DNA of 64,000 nucleotides from Pilimelia sp. (GCA_035634075.1 DASQDS010000794.1:6717-70716), one strand, 5' to 3'. Positions 18,146 through 27,580 are shown, counted from the first letter of the stretch. Notes: generated from the sequence alone by a model not told the origin. Program-made: numbers and translations.

Positions 18146-18175
18146 GACGCCGGCGCTCGGGCGAGCGCCGGCGTC
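18146..18175. other. Orphan perfect hairpin/palindrome (13-bp stem, 4-nt loop) in the divergent intergenic region
   Basis: gacgccggcgctc-gggc-gagcgccggcgtc. It has no T-tract and no upstream plus-strand gene to terminate. It lies 46 nt upstream of the 18222 ATG. Confidence 0.4.
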
Positions 18176-18221
18176 AGGCACCTGGGCGGCTGCTCTTCGG
18201 ACACGATCCTAGCCTGGTGCC

Positions 18222-18659
18222 ATGGAACGTATTGAATTTCGCACAGCCGCGCAGGAGCTCGGCGTCGGTGTATCGTCGACGCTCGTCCCGATCCTCAATG
18301 GCGTCCCACTGCCCGAGCTGTTGCGCAGGATCGAGTTGCCCTTCGCCTGCCGTGAGGGCAAACCGAACCTCGCCGGCAGGTACGCGGGCCTGGTGGGGGA
18401 TGAAGTGCGTTGGCCGAGTCGGCACTACCTCGGCGATCCGGTCCGCAGCTGGTTCGGCGACGGCGATACCGTCCTGCTCGGCTGCATCTGCAGTGACTGG
18501 GGCTGCTGGCCGTTCACGGCGATCGTTTCGGTAGCTCCGGACATGGTCACGTGGTCGGGCTACCGCACGGGGCATCGCGCGTGGGACTACCGCGAGCTGC
18601 GGGACTTCACCTTCACTCGCGGCCAGTACGAAGAGGCGTTGCGCGACACAGCGCGCTGA
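18222..18659 (+). CDS. Hypothetical protein (145 aa)
   Basis: ORF with strong GC3 bias. It has a Cys/Trp-rich core, LLGCICSDWGCWPF. I recognise no family. Confidence 0.65.
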   Translation: MERIEFRTAAQELGVGVSSTLVPILNGVPLPELLRRIELPFACREGKPNLAGRYAGLVGDEVRWPSRHYLGDPVRSWFGDGDTVLLGCICSDWGCWPFTAIVSVAPDMVTWSGYRTGHRAWDYRELRDFTFTRGQYEEALRDTAR

Positions 18660-18742
18660 ACCACCGAAGCGGAGCAATTCAGGCAGACCCACCCATCGGG
18701 CGGCGGAGCCGCTGTCCCCCCGCGGGCACTAACCTACCGAGC

Positions 18743-19147
18743 ATGCGCATGTTGCACCTCGGGCTACGGGTCACCGACCTGGAGCGCTCGCTCGCCTTCT
18801 ACACCGCGGTCGGGTACGCCAGGGTAGGCGCTGTCCCAGAGACGGAGTTCGGCAGCTTGACCCTGCTCCAGCTCCCCGACGACCCGTTCGCCAGCCTCGA
18901 ACTCGTGCACGACCCCGCGCGACCGGTCAAGGACATCGGCGCCGTCAACCACCTCGTCGTCCACGTGGACGACCTCAGCGCCACGATCGCCGACCTGGCA
19001 TCCAGGGGCGTCACGGCCGAGCCGCCGGCGGAGCTGGGGCCGGGGATGCGGACATCGTGGCTCACTGACCCCGACGGCTACAGGATCGAGCTCGTGCAGT
19101 GGCCACCCGGCCATCCGGCCGGCATGACGGCGGCCGATTTCGTCTGA
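18743..19147 (+). CDS. VOC-family (glyoxalase I-like) protein
   Basis: MRMLHLGLRVTDLERSLAFYTAVGY...NHLVVHVDDL...DPDGYRIELVQ is the typical glyoxalase/bleomycin-resistance fold signature. The ATG at 18743 is preferred over the extended ORF. Confidence 0.85.
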   Translation: MRMLHLGLRVTDLERSLAFYTAVGYARVGAVPETEFGSLTLLQLPDDPFASLELVHDPARPVKDIGAVNHLVVHVDDLSATIADLASRGVTAEPPAELGPGMRTSWLTDPDGYRIELVQWPPGHPAGMTAADFV

Positions 19148-19234
19148 CAGCACTCCCTGGTCGTCGCTGGGCCGTCGAGGAACTTTCCGAGCGGCTGAGG
19201 CGCGCCGGCTTCACGTCTGTTAACGGGGGCAACC

Positions 19235-19897
19235 ATGATCACTGAAGACCGGATCGAACGAGCCAGAGAGGTTTTCGAGCGAGCGGTATACACGGGCGAC
19301 ACCAGCGCGCTGGTAGACGCCGAGGAGGCCTTGAACGCGGTCGAGGCTGATACGGCGCTCGCGCGTGGGAAGATCCTGCATGCGCGATTTCAGAGCGCAC
19401 CCGGCGACGCCGGTTCCCTGACCGCCGAGGATCCCGCCGAGCTGCCGCTGTTCGAACGCGCCCTCGAGTTGTACCGGGCGCTGGGCGACACCCGGGGCGA
19501 GGCCGAGGCCCTGTTCTGGATCGGCTGCCTCCACCAGTTCATCCGGCGTGACAACGAGACTGCCGTACCCCATCTGGAACGGTCATACCGGCTGGCGGCC
19601 GAGACCGGCGACAAGTGGACACAGTCCGAGGCGCTGCGGCACCTAGGCATCGCGGCCCACGCCGCCGGCCGCCTCGACGAGGCTCGCGAACAGCTCGAAG
19701 AGTCATCTCGCCTGCGCCGGGAAATCGGGAACCTCCCGGGCGTGGCCTCCAACCTGATTGGGCTGGCCTACATCGCCGCCGCTCAGAACCGTCGAACGGA
19801 CGCGCTCGCAACCCTCGACGAGGCGCATACCATCGCCCAGGCGCACGAAGCCCACGCGATCGTGCGGCATGTCAGGCAGGCACGAACAGCAATCTGA
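19235..19897 (+). CDS. Tetratricopeptide-repeat protein
   Basis: TPR-like helical pairs recur (ALELYRALGDTRGEAEALFWIG, AAETGDKWTQSEALRHLG, EIGNLPGVASNLIGLAY). Confidence 0.8.
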   Translation: MITEDRIERAREVFERAVYTGDTSALVDAEEALNAVEADTALARGKILHARFQSAPGDAGSLTAEDPAELPLFERALELYRALGDTRGEAEALFWIGCLHQFIRRDNETAVPHLERSYRLAAETGDKWTQSEALRHLGIAAHAAGRLDEAREQLEESSRLRREIGNLPGVASNLIGLAYIAAAQNRRTDALATLDEAHTIAQAHEAHAIVRHVRQARTAI

Positions 19898-20118
19898 GCG
19901 CAGCCGCGCGGGGCGGCGGAGCACGGCCCGACGTCATCTTGCACCCGGGCGAGCACGGCTGCGCAGGTAGCCTGCACAGGGCCGCCAGGAACTGGCACTG
20001 TGCAGGATCGAGCCCGGTCCGCCCAGGCCGAAGTCCGCGGACGGTATGAGGCTGGCAGAGAGTGGGCAAGATGAGGAGCGCCGCCGGAGCCGGTCGGCGG
20101 CTGGGATCGGAGGTTGGG

Positions 20119-20235
20119 ATGCGCTGGCTACTTCTGCTGCTGATCGTGGTGATGGTCTTCGGCGGGATCTGGTTGTCTCGCCGAGCCCTTGGAGCTGGTA
20201 GGTCCGTGCGGCGAGGGTTCGACGAGCGGCATTGA
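20119..20235 (+). CDS. Candidate 38-aa single-TM micro-protein (below the ORF-track size cut-off)
   Basis: A GGAGG RBS lies 5 nt upstream of the ATG. The product is MRWLLLLLIVVMVFGGIWLSRRALGAGRSVRRGFDERH*. A strong hairpin follows at 20290-20314. Confidence 0.3.
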   Translation: MRWLLLLLIVVMVFGGIWLSRRALGAGRSVRRGFDERH

Positions 20236-20289
20236 TCGGAACGCCGCAGTAAGCGGGCCACGCCCACCGCCGAGACATCGCGACGCGCG

Positions 20290-20314
20290 GCCCGGCGACC
20301 AGCGGTCGCCGGGC
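20290..20314 (+). terminator. Hairpin with an 11-bp stem and 3-nt loop
   Basis: gcccggcgacc-agc-ggtcgccgggc. There is no clear T-tract. Confidence 0.35.
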
Positions 20315-20348
20315 GGCTGTGGCACCAGGCGCTGTCTAGAGTGGTGGC

Positions 20349-20807
20349 GTGCGCATCCGGATCGAGGCCGGTGACCTGCCGGGCCGTCACCGCGGCGCCG
20401 TGACCGACGGGTTGCGGCGGGACAACGTGCACGTCGGCGTCCAGCGCAGGGGCGAGGTCGTCGACCGATTCCCGGCCGACGCGGAGTCGGCGACCTGGGA
20501 ATTCGAGGTCGACAGCCGGGAGATCGACGGGCTGCTCGACGTCGGTGGGCCGTACGTGCACGGTCGGCCCGGCGCCCGGTTCCTCTACCTGAGCTGGGGT
20601 GCCGTCAACGGCGCCGAATTCGCCATGGTCAAGCGGGTCAAGCTCATGTTCGGCGACGTGCCGACCGACGTACTGCGTGCCGCCCACGACGGCGACGGGG
20701 TGCTGGTCGGCCGGCTCGGGCTGACCGACGGCAAGGGTGCGCCGCGCGCCGCGCGGGTGCGGCCTCCCGACATTGTCTGGGGCACACATCGGCCGTCGCC
20801 GGGGTGA
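20349..20807 (+). CDS. Conserved hypothetical protein (152 aa)
   Basis: GTG-initiated ORF with good codon bias. Sequence of the type ...GGPYVHGRPGARFLYLSWG...MVKRVKLMF.... The family name is not certain. Confidence 0.7.
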   Translation: MRIRIEAGDLPGRHRGAVTDGLRRDNVHVGVQRRGEVVDRFPADAESATWEFEVDSREIDGLLDVGGPYVHGRPGARFLYLSWGAVNGAEFAMVKRVKLMFGDVPTDVLRAAHDGDGVLVGRLGLTDGKGAPRAARVRPPDIVWGTHRPSPG

Positions 20808-20916
20808 CCGCGCGAGTCACTCAGCCGGTCCGCGCTGTCGCGGCGTGCTCGGGTCGCATCCCTCTGCTGTGGTGCGTCGCAGCCGCCAGGCGCCGTCCAG
20901 CCTCCACTCGACCGTG

Positions 20917-23199
20917 TCAGCGGGGATAGGCCACGACCGAGTCCACGTACGACACTCCGGTGCCGGGTGTCCCGCCGAGGTAGAAGGACAGGTGGGTCAC
21001 CTGGGCGAGGTTCAGCGCCCCGGGCGTCGCCCAGGTGGGGATGGCGAAGTCCGCGAACGGTATCCGGACCAGCCCCGGGGTGCGGCCGGTCATGTCCAGG
21101 TCGTACTGCCAGTACACGCCGGCGGCCTGGAACTGCACCGACAGGTTGCGGCCGACGGCGTCCGGCGCCAGCCAGAACTGGAGCCCGATGTCCGCGGACC
21201 AGTCCTGCGCGGTGGGGAAGGTGCGGGTCACACCGGCGTACCCCTGCGTGCCGAGCGTGTAGTTGAGCGCCATCGCGGCGCCGCTGTCGGCGTGCGCGCG
21301 GTCCAGCGCGACCGTGATCGGATCGCCGCTGGTGGCCGCCTGATAGGCCGCACCCAGTGCCTGGTCGGAGTCGTAGCCGTCGAAGTCGTCCACCGGTATC
21401 GGGTCGACCGCGGGGTTGATGGTGGTGAACGAGGTCGGGGAACCACCGGCCGTCGTGCCGGCAAGGTTCGTCGCGGTGACCCTCCAGTGGTACGTGACCC
21501 CGGGGGCCAGCGGCTCGGTGACGGTGTACGAGGTCGCGAGCAGCCCGGTCACGCGCAGCACGGGCGACGACAGGTCCGCCCGGCGGGAGACCACGAGCGT
21601 GTAGTACGCCGCACGCTCGGCCGGCGACCAGCTGAAGGTCGGGCGCTGGGCGACCCGCTGCGCTTCCCGCGCCGGGCTCTGCGGGCCGAACGCACCCGGC
21701 CGGGCCAGCGCGCCGGTGTGGGCGCCCACCCGTGCCGGGGCGGAGGCCTGGCGGTGCCCCCGCGCGTCCACGGCGACGACCCGGTACCACGCCCGCTCCC
21801 GCGGCGACCGCACGTCGATCCAGGGAGTGTCGTTGTCGGTGACCGTGCCGGTGGAGACCGTTCGCCACGGTCCGCGCGGGCCGCGGGTGGAGCGTTGAAC
21901 GGTGTATCCGACGGCCGGTGAGGCACCGCGCCAGGCGAGCAGGTTCTCGCCGTACACCTTGGTCAAGCTGGTGATGACCGGAGCGTTGAGCCGTACCGGC
22001 GGCCGGTTGGCGGCGGGGTTCACGGCGGCGTTGAATTCCTCGATGGCCCGTACCGCCGCGCGCATCTCCGGCGTGTCGCCCGGGTAGTGCAGGGTGAACC
22101 CGTCGTCGTGCGGCACGTAGCCGTGGTCGTCGGCGTGGGGGAACAGCGACCAGAAGAGCGTGCCGGTCACGCGCGGGTCCGCGGCGAGGGGGGCGAGCAG
22201 CTCTGAGCTGGCGAAGGTGGAGCCGTACTCGCCGGCGATGTAGACCTTGCCCGCCGCTGTCACGGTGGCGGCGTCCGCCAGCATCCGCGCCGCGTCCGGC
22301 GGGTAGTAGTGGGCGTCGACGATGTCGACGGCCGGCGACTCCAGCGTGGCCGCGCTGATGCCGGGCGCGGCCACCAGGTGCCGGGGCGCGAGCTGGTGCA
22401 GGTACGTGGAGATGTCGGTGACCCACTCGGGCGTCATACCGCTCAGCTCGTTGCCGAGTTCCCAGGCCATGATGGTCGGTTCGGCGCGCAGCGCCCGGCC
22501 GGTGATCGGGTTGACGTGATTCAGCAGGACCGCGATGTACTCCTTGAACGCGGCGACGGCCCTCGGGTCGGTGTAGAAGGCGGACTCCGGCAGGCCCAGC
22601 CAGGTGGTGAAGTCGCGGAAGCCGCCGTGGTAGTAGGACCAGTTGTCGGTCAGCGGGATCAGCAGGCGAAGGCCGAGGCGGTGGGCCTGGGCGATCGCGT
22701 AGTCGATGGTGGCGAACGCGTCGGCGTTGAACTCGCCGAGAGACGGCTCGATGCTCAGCGGCGTACCGGTGGAGATGCCCAGGGTGTGTGACCGGACGAC
22801 CGTGGAGCCCATCGCCTTGGCCGTTCGTAGCGCGTCGTCGATGCGAAACCGGGTGGGGTAGTCGACGCCGCCGACGTTCTCGTCCAGGCCGAGCCAGTAG
22901 ATGTTGGGGCCACCGAATCGGAACGGCGCGCCGCCGAGCGTGAGGCCGGTCCCCGAGCGGGTGACGAATTCCCGGGCGTGCGGGTTGCCGCCGCCGTGGC
23001 GCGCGCCGGCCGCATCGGCCGCCGGACCGGCAACGGCGGCCGGTGGACCAGCGAACATCGCGCCGCCCATGGTCAGCAGAAGGGCGACGGTCAGGGCGCA
23101 CCACCGGCGCACGCTGTACCGAGAACGTGACTCAGCCCCCACGACGACCTCCCCGCCGCCCGCACCCCGACGGTGCGGCTCCGACGGTACCCATCGCAC
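20917..23199 (-). CDS. Secreted glycoside hydrolase family 5 enzyme (mannanase-like catalytic domain) with two Fn3-like modules and a C-terminal carbohydrate-binding-like module
   Basis: Catalytic region FVTRSGTGLTLGGAPFRFGGPNIYWLG...VVRSHTLG...MAWELGNE (the GH5 acid/base NE motif). There are two segments of about 90 aa with Fn3-like patterns (YYTLVVS..YHWRVTATN). A C-terminal beta-sandwich-like module of about 170 aa follows. The start is uncertain. Confidence 0.9.
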   Translation of the reverse strand: MRWVPSEPHRRGAGGGEVVVGAESRSRYSVRRWCALTVALLLTMGGAMFAGPPAAVAGPAADAAGARHGGGNPHAREFVTRSGTGLTLGGAPFRFGGPNIYWLGLDENVGGVDYPTRFRIDDALRTAKAMGSTVVRSHTLGISTGTPLSIEPSLGEFNADAFATIDYAIAQAHRLGLRLLIPLTDNWSYYHGGFRDFTTWLGLPESAFYTDPRAVAAFKEYIAVLLNHVNPITGRALRAEPTIMAWELGNELSGMTPEWVTDISTYLHQLAPRHLVAAPGISAATLESPAVDIVDAHYYPPDAARMLADAATVTAAGKVYIAGEYGSTFASSELLAPLAADPRVTGTLFWSLFPHADDHGYVPHDDGFTLHYPGDTPEMRAAVRAIEEFNAAVNPAANRPPVRLNAPVITSLTKVYGENLLAWRGASPAVGYTVQRSTRGPRGPWRTVSTGTVTDNDTPWIDVRSPRERAWYRVVAVDARGHRQASAPARVGAHTGALARPGAFGPQSPAREAQRVAQRPTFSWSPAERAAYYTLVVSRRADLSSPVLRVTGLLATSYTVTEPLAPGVTYHWRVTATNLAGTTAGGSPTSFTTINPAVDPIPVDDFDGYDSDQALGAAYQAATSGDPITVALDRAHADSGAAMALNYTLGTQGYAGVTRTFPTAQDWSADIGLQFWLAPDAVGRNLSVQFQAAGVYWQYDLDMTGRTPGLVRIPFADFAIPTWATPGALNLAQVTHLSFYLGGTPGTGVSYVDSVVAYPR

Positions 23200-23300
23200 T
23201 ACTTAACCGGTTCAAATGCAAGTCCTTGAATGTACGCGCCTCGGCCTGGCAACCACGACGAGCGAGGGGTCACCTGTCCTGACGAGCCCGCCGGCAGGGT

Positions 23301-23774
23301 TCACGCCGGCGGGTTGCGGAACCCTTCGATGGCGGTTTCCCAGGCCGACCGGTACGAGGAGACCGGAACGGCAAACCACCGCTGATAGACCGGCGGGTCG
23401 TCGTAGCCCTCGCTGCCGTCGCCTTCCAAGATGAAGACCTCGTCGCCGGTCTGCCACAGAAGCAGGCTCCACCCCTGATCGCGGTCCCAGTACGGCGATT
23501 CGATCGACCCGCACGGCGCGTCCGCGGGCGTCCACCCCCGCATCTGCCGCGTGGACCTGTCCCACCACGGGAAGCACACGTCGATGTCCCAGGACGGGAC
23601 GACGTAGCGCAGGTTGGTCCACGACGCCCGGTCTGCGCCGTCGCCGACCTGCACGTCGGTGGCTTCGACGACGAAGTCCGGCGCCCGGGGAAAGGCGCTG
23701 AGGTCCAGGGCGTGCACGTCCTCGTCCCACGTGCTCAACGGTTCCTGCCGCACGACACCGCCCTCCCCGGACAC
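23301..23774 (-). CDS. Hypothetical protein (157 aa), Trp/Asp-rich
   Basis: GTG-initiated ORF with high GC3. I recognise no family. Confidence 0.6.
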   Translation of the reverse strand: MSGEGGVVRQEPLSTWDEDVHALDLSAFPRAPDFVVEATDVQVGDGADRASWTNLRYVVPSWDIDVCFPWWDRSTRQMRGWTPADAPCGSIESPYWDRDQGWSLLLWQTGDEVFILEGDGSEGYDDPPVYQRWFAVPVSSYRSAWETAIEGFRNPPA

Positions 23775-23850
23775 ACACCCTAACCGCCCTGCCGGACGGC
23801 TCAGCCGGCCGGTCGCTTCGCATGCGGTCAGAGCGTGATTCGGTGGGACT

Positions 23851-24330
23851 TCAGCTCCCGGACGCGAGCGTCCCGCCCGAGTCGTTGCCGCGGCTCCCGC
23901 TCGCCCTCGGTTCGGTGCCCAGGGACGGCATCGCCTGGATGAGGGTCCGGTGGATGTACGCGAGGTTGGGGTCGGACCACTCCACGGGAGTCGAGTCGGT
24001 CTCCCCCTCCGCAGCGTCCCAGTCCAGATCAGGGGCCTCGCCGTGCTGGTACACCCACCACATGTTCCCCCACGGGTCGATCATCCGGGAGAAGAGCGTC
24101 CCGAAGAAGTCTGTCGGTTGGGTGACGATCCGCGCGCCGCGCTCCGCGGCTTGCGCGAGGACACCTTCCACGTCGCCGACGTAGATCTGTGTCAGTTGCG
24201 GTAGGAAGGGCCAGCCCGGCTTGCGCTCCGCGAGCATCAAGGTGGTGCCGCCGATCTCAAGCTCGGCGTGGAGCAGCAAGCCGTCGATGTCGACGGTGCG
24301 GGCGTCGAGGTGTTCCGCGCCGCCGAACAC
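23851..24330 (-). CDS. VOC/PhnB-like protein, apparently lacking its natural 5' end
   Basis: HAELEIGGTTLMLAE...DPWGNMWWV is typical of PhnB-like VOC proteins. Homology-like sequence (AVPFSERPTQCAAGPSFQTAIAFLRE) continues upstream in frame right up to the TGA of the histidine kinase gene, with no canonical start codon. Confidence 0.7.
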   Translation of the reverse strand: MFGGAEHLDARTVDIDGLLLHAELEIGGTTLMLAERKPGWPFLPQLTQIYVGDVEGVLAQAAERGARIVTQPTDFFGTLFSRMIDPWGNMWWVYQHGEAPDLDWDAAEGETDSTPVEWSDPNLAYIHRTLIQAMPSLGTEPRASGSRGNDSGGTLASGS

Positions 24331-24408
24331 CTCCCGGAGGAAGGCGATCGCGGTCTGGAACGACGGCCCGGCGGCGCACTGGGTGGGCCGTTCGCTGAAC
24401 GGGACGGC

Positions 24409-26052
24409 TCAGTGCTCAGCGGGCGCGGTGGTGGGCAGGGTGACCGTCATCGTGGTGCCGACGCCCGGCCGGCTCGTCGCCGTGATCGTCCCGCCGTGAT
24501 TGGTGACGAGCTGCCGAGCGATCGCAAGCCCGAGGCCGCTGCCCCCGCCGGCACGGTCCCGCGCGTGGTCCGCCCGCCAGAACCGGTCGAAGATGTGGGG
24601 CAGGTCCTGCGGTGCGATGCCGGCACCGGTGTCGGACACGCTCACCCGGCCGCCGGCGGGCTCCCCCCGTACGGTCAGGGTGACCGATCCGCCGGGCCGC
24701 GTCGCCGCCACGGCGTTGCGGATCAGGTTGCCGAGCACCTGCCGGAGCCGGTCGGGGTCGCCCGCCACGTACACCGGCCCCGCCGCGTCGACCCGCATCG
24801 TCAGACCCGCCGACTCGGCGAGTGCCGCGTGGCTGAACCGGCACGTCTCCGCCAGTTCGCAGAGATCCACCCGAGTCCGGTGCAGCGTCATCGCCCCCGC
24901 CTCGGCCGTGGCCAGATCCTGCAGGTCGTCGACGACGCGCTGCTGCAGCAGCGCCTCCTCGTGCAGCGAGGCGATCAGCTCCGGGCTGGCCGGCAGCACC
25001 CCGTCCTTCAGCGCCTCCAGGTACCCACGCAGGTTGGCCAGGGGCGTGCGCAGTTCGTGGGCCACGTCGGCGACCATGCGCCGTTGCCGCTCCTCGCTGC
25101 GTTGCAGGGACTCGGCCATCTGATTGAAGGTGCGGCCCAACTCGGCGAGTTCGTCGTTCCCCCGCACCCGGACCCGTTCGTTGAGCTTGCCGACGCTCAG
25201 CCGGCGGGAGGCCCGGGTCAGCGCGGCGATGGGGCGGAGCACCCGCCGGCTCAGCAGGAGCGCACTCAGGACCGCTGCCGCCGCCACGACCGCCGCCGTC
25301 AACGAGACGGGTCCCCGGGGCAGCTTCGCCGGCTCCTCGTCCTGCGCACCGACGTAGACCTGGACCGGCTGCGGCGCGAAGGCCGCGGTCTGCGCGACGA
25401 AGACGCGTTGCACGCAGTCCGACTTCGGGCCTTCGCTCATGGCAACGCAGGGACGCACCAGCGTCGCCAGGTGCGGTCCCGTCGTGTCGCTCTGCGGCTG
25501 CATCGCGGTGCGGCACTTCTGCGCCGCCGGGTGGTGCGGATCAGCCGCGACGGGCAGCGGAACGCCGTACTGCGACCGGTCGGCCCGGACGGCGGCGCCA
25601 GCGGCGGTCAGGCAGGCGGCGTCGCGCAGCGCCTTCTGGTACTGGACGGTCGCCACCAGCACGGTTTTCGCCAACCCCTGGGCGGTTGTGTTCTGTGGAA
25701 ACCGGATGACGGGCCGGGGGTCGACGAGGATGGGCGGGCCGGCCGTCGGTCGCGCCTCCCGCCCGGCCAGCAGGTCGGAGTCCGCCAGCACCCCACCCGT
25801 CTCGGTCACCACCCGGATCCGCTCCCTGGTGCGCACCGAGAGCTCGCGCACCCGTGTCGCCACCGCGTCCCAGGTCCCGAGGCTGCCGTACCCGGCGAGG
25901 CTGGCGGTGATCGAAGCGAGCTCGTCCTGGTCGGCCGCGACCGTCGCGGTGAACTCCCGCGACGCCTGCCGCAGCGTCAACCATCCCGTCGCCCCGGTGG
26001 CGGTGACGGCGATGAGCATCGTCATCAGGAGCACCCGGAGCCGGAAGCTCAT
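24409..26052 (-). CDS. Sensor histidine kinase (TM, periplasmic loop, TM, HAMP, HisKA, HATPase_c)
   Basis: H-box VADVAHELRTPL. The motifs NLIRNAV, DTGAGI and GSGLGLAIA are present. The N-terminal TM is VLLMTMLIAVTATGATGWL. The ATG overlaps the stop of the response regulator gene (ATGA). Confidence 0.92.
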   Translation of the reverse strand: MSFRLRVLLMTMLIAVTATGATGWLTLRQASREFTATVAADQDELASITASLAGYGSLGTWDAVATRVRELSVRTRERIRVVTETGGVLADSDLLAGREARPTAGPPILVDPRPVIRFPQNTTAQGLAKTVLVATVQYQKALRDAACLTAAGAAVRADRSQYGVPLPVAADPHHPAAQKCRTAMQPQSDTTGPHLATLVRPCVAMSEGPKSDCVQRVFVAQTAAFAPQPVQVYVGAQDEEPAKLPRGPVSLTAAVVAAAAVLSALLLSRRVLRPIAALTRASRRLSVGKLNERVRVRGNDELAELGRTFNQMAESLQRSEERQRRMVADVAHELRTPLANLRGYLEALKDGVLPASPELIASLHEEALLQQRVVDDLQDLATAEAGAMTLHRTRVDLCELAETCRFSHAALAESAGLTMRVDAAGPVYVAGDPDRLRQVLGNLIRNAVAATRPGGSVTLTVRGEPAGGRVSVSDTGAGIAPQDLPHIFDRFWRADHARDRAGGGSGLGLAIARQLVTNHGGTITATSRPGVGTTMTVTLPTTAPAEH

Positions 26053-26738
26053 CGGGGTTGCTCCGGCATGCGGTAGCCCCGGCCGTACACGGTCTGCACG
26101 TACGCCGGTTCCGCCGGGTCATCCTCGATCTTGCGACGCAGGTTCATCACGTGCGCGTCCACCGTGCGTTCCTCGATGTACCGATCGAACCCGAAGGCAC
26201 GGTCGATGATCTGCGCCCGGCTGAACACCCGGCCCGGCTCGGCGGCGAGCGTCCGCAGGATGCCGAACTCCTTGGGGGTGAGCGGAACGGGCTCCCCCCG
26301 GACGCGGACCTCGAACCGGGCGGCGTCGATGACCAGGTCACCGACGGTTACCACCTCCGGGTCGGCGGCGAGCCGCCCGGCCCGGCGCAGGAGCACGCGC
26401 ACCCGGGCGGCCAGTTGCCGCGGGCTGTACGGCTTCGTGACGTAGTCATCGGCGCCCAGGTCGAGACCGAGGAGGATGTCGTTCTCGGTGCTGCGGGCGG
26501 TCAGCAACATGATCGGCATGTCGGACTCGGCCCGCAGGATCCGGCAGACGTCGAGCCCGTCCACGGCGGGCATCATGACGTCCAGGATGAGCAGGTCGGG
26601 CCTGTTGCTCCGGCACCGCTCGAGTGCGGTCTGCCCGTCCGCCGCCACCTGCACGCTGTGGCCCTCGCGTTCGAGGTAGAGCCGGATCAGCTCCGACTGC
26701 TTCCGGTCATCCTCGGCGACCAGTATCCGCGCGGCCAA
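26049..26738 (-). CDS. OmpR/PhoB-family response regulator (229 aa)
   Basis: The TTG at 26738 is preceded by a GAGGAGGG RBS at good spacing. The motifs are ILVAEDD, DLLILDVMMP and the winged-helix YVQTVYGRGYRM. The 60-aa N-terminal extension in the ORF track has no RR homology. Confidence 0.92.
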   Translation of the reverse strand: MAARILVAEDDRKQSELIRLYLEREGHSVQVAADGQTALERCRSNRPDLLILDVMMPAVDGLDVCRILRAESDMPIMLLTARSTENDILLGLDLGADDYVTKPYSPRQLAARVRVLLRRAGRLAADPEVVTVGDLVIDAARFEVRVRGEPVPLTPKEFGILRTLAAEPGRVFSRAQIIDRAFGFDRYIEERTVDAHVMNLRRKIEDDPAEPAYVQTVYGRGYRMPEQPR

Positions 26739-27013
26739 CGCTTCCCTCCTCGGTGTGACAGCGGCGTGCGGGACGTCCGTCCGGAAAGGCGGACCTCCGC
26801 ACGGACGGTTGCGGCAAGCCACCGGCGCGTCACGCCCTGACGCCCGCCCGCTCGCTATCATCGCCCGCCGAAATGCCGTACCCAAGGCCTGGCCGGGGTG
26901 ACCGACGGACCGCACGGGCATCGCACAGCTTCTTCACGGAATTCTCATAACCCCCGCCATAGCCTGACGCCCGCTTCGCCACACCGTCAGTTCCGATGCA
27001 AGGAGATGGCACC

Positions 27014-27580
27014 GTGCCGATTTCAACAGCAGCGCGCGCGACGCTCGGTTCGGCCGCGTTGGTGTTCGCCCTCGCCGGCTGCGGCGGCGGCGACCAGGAA
27101 CCGTCGGTCGCCTCCGCCGGCGGCCCCCCGGCGGCCGTCGCCAGCGGCGACGCGGTGAGCGAGTACGTGGAGGGCGTGCGGACGTACGTGGCATGTCTGC
27201 GCGCGGAGGGCGTTGAGGTGACCGACCCGGACGCCAAGGGGAGATACGAGTTCAGCGGCGACGCTCGGGGGTTGAAGCGCGATCCCAAGTTCCGGGCGGC
27301 GCAGACCACGTGCGCGGATCGCCTGCCGCCAATGCCGGAAGGGCTGGAGGAAAAGCCGGCCCTGACCCCTGAGGAAGTCCAGGCGAAAGGCCGCTACGCG
27401 AAATGCATGCGGGAGAACGGCGTAGCCGACTTCCCCGACCCCGGGCCGGACGGGCACTGGCCCGAGTCGAGCGACGGCAAGCCCGCCTGGGACCAGGACG
27501 GCCCCGCGGTCAAGCGGGCCGAGGCCGCGTGCGGCTCGATCATCGGGTCGCCGGCCAGCCCCGGGCCGGGCAAAGGCTGA
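27014..27580 (+). CDS. Hypothetical lipoprotein
   Basis: The GTG at 27014 lies 8 nt after AGGAG. The signal peptide ends in the lipobox LAGC. The mature part is Cys-containing and acidic. Confidence 0.7.
   Translation: MPISTAARATLGSAALVFALAGCGGGDQEPSVASAGGPPAAVASGDAVSEYVEGVRTYVACLRAEGVEVTDPDAKGRYEFSGDARGLKRDPKFRAAQTTCADRLPPMPEGLEEKPALTPEEVQAKGRYAKCMRENGVADFPDPGPDGHWPESSDGKPAWDQDGPAVKRAEAACGSIIGSPASPGPGKG

Noticed and set aside
20585-23104. 839-aa alternative minus frame over the GH5 gene
   Set aside because: It is an extremely Arg/Pro/Gly/His-rich translation. The 20917-23199 frame carries GH5, Fn3 and CBM-like sequence.
24268-26076. 602-aa plus-strand ORF antisense to the histidine kinase
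   Set aside because: It is a low-complexity Arg/Gly/Pro-rich translation. The kinase frame has H, N and G boxes.
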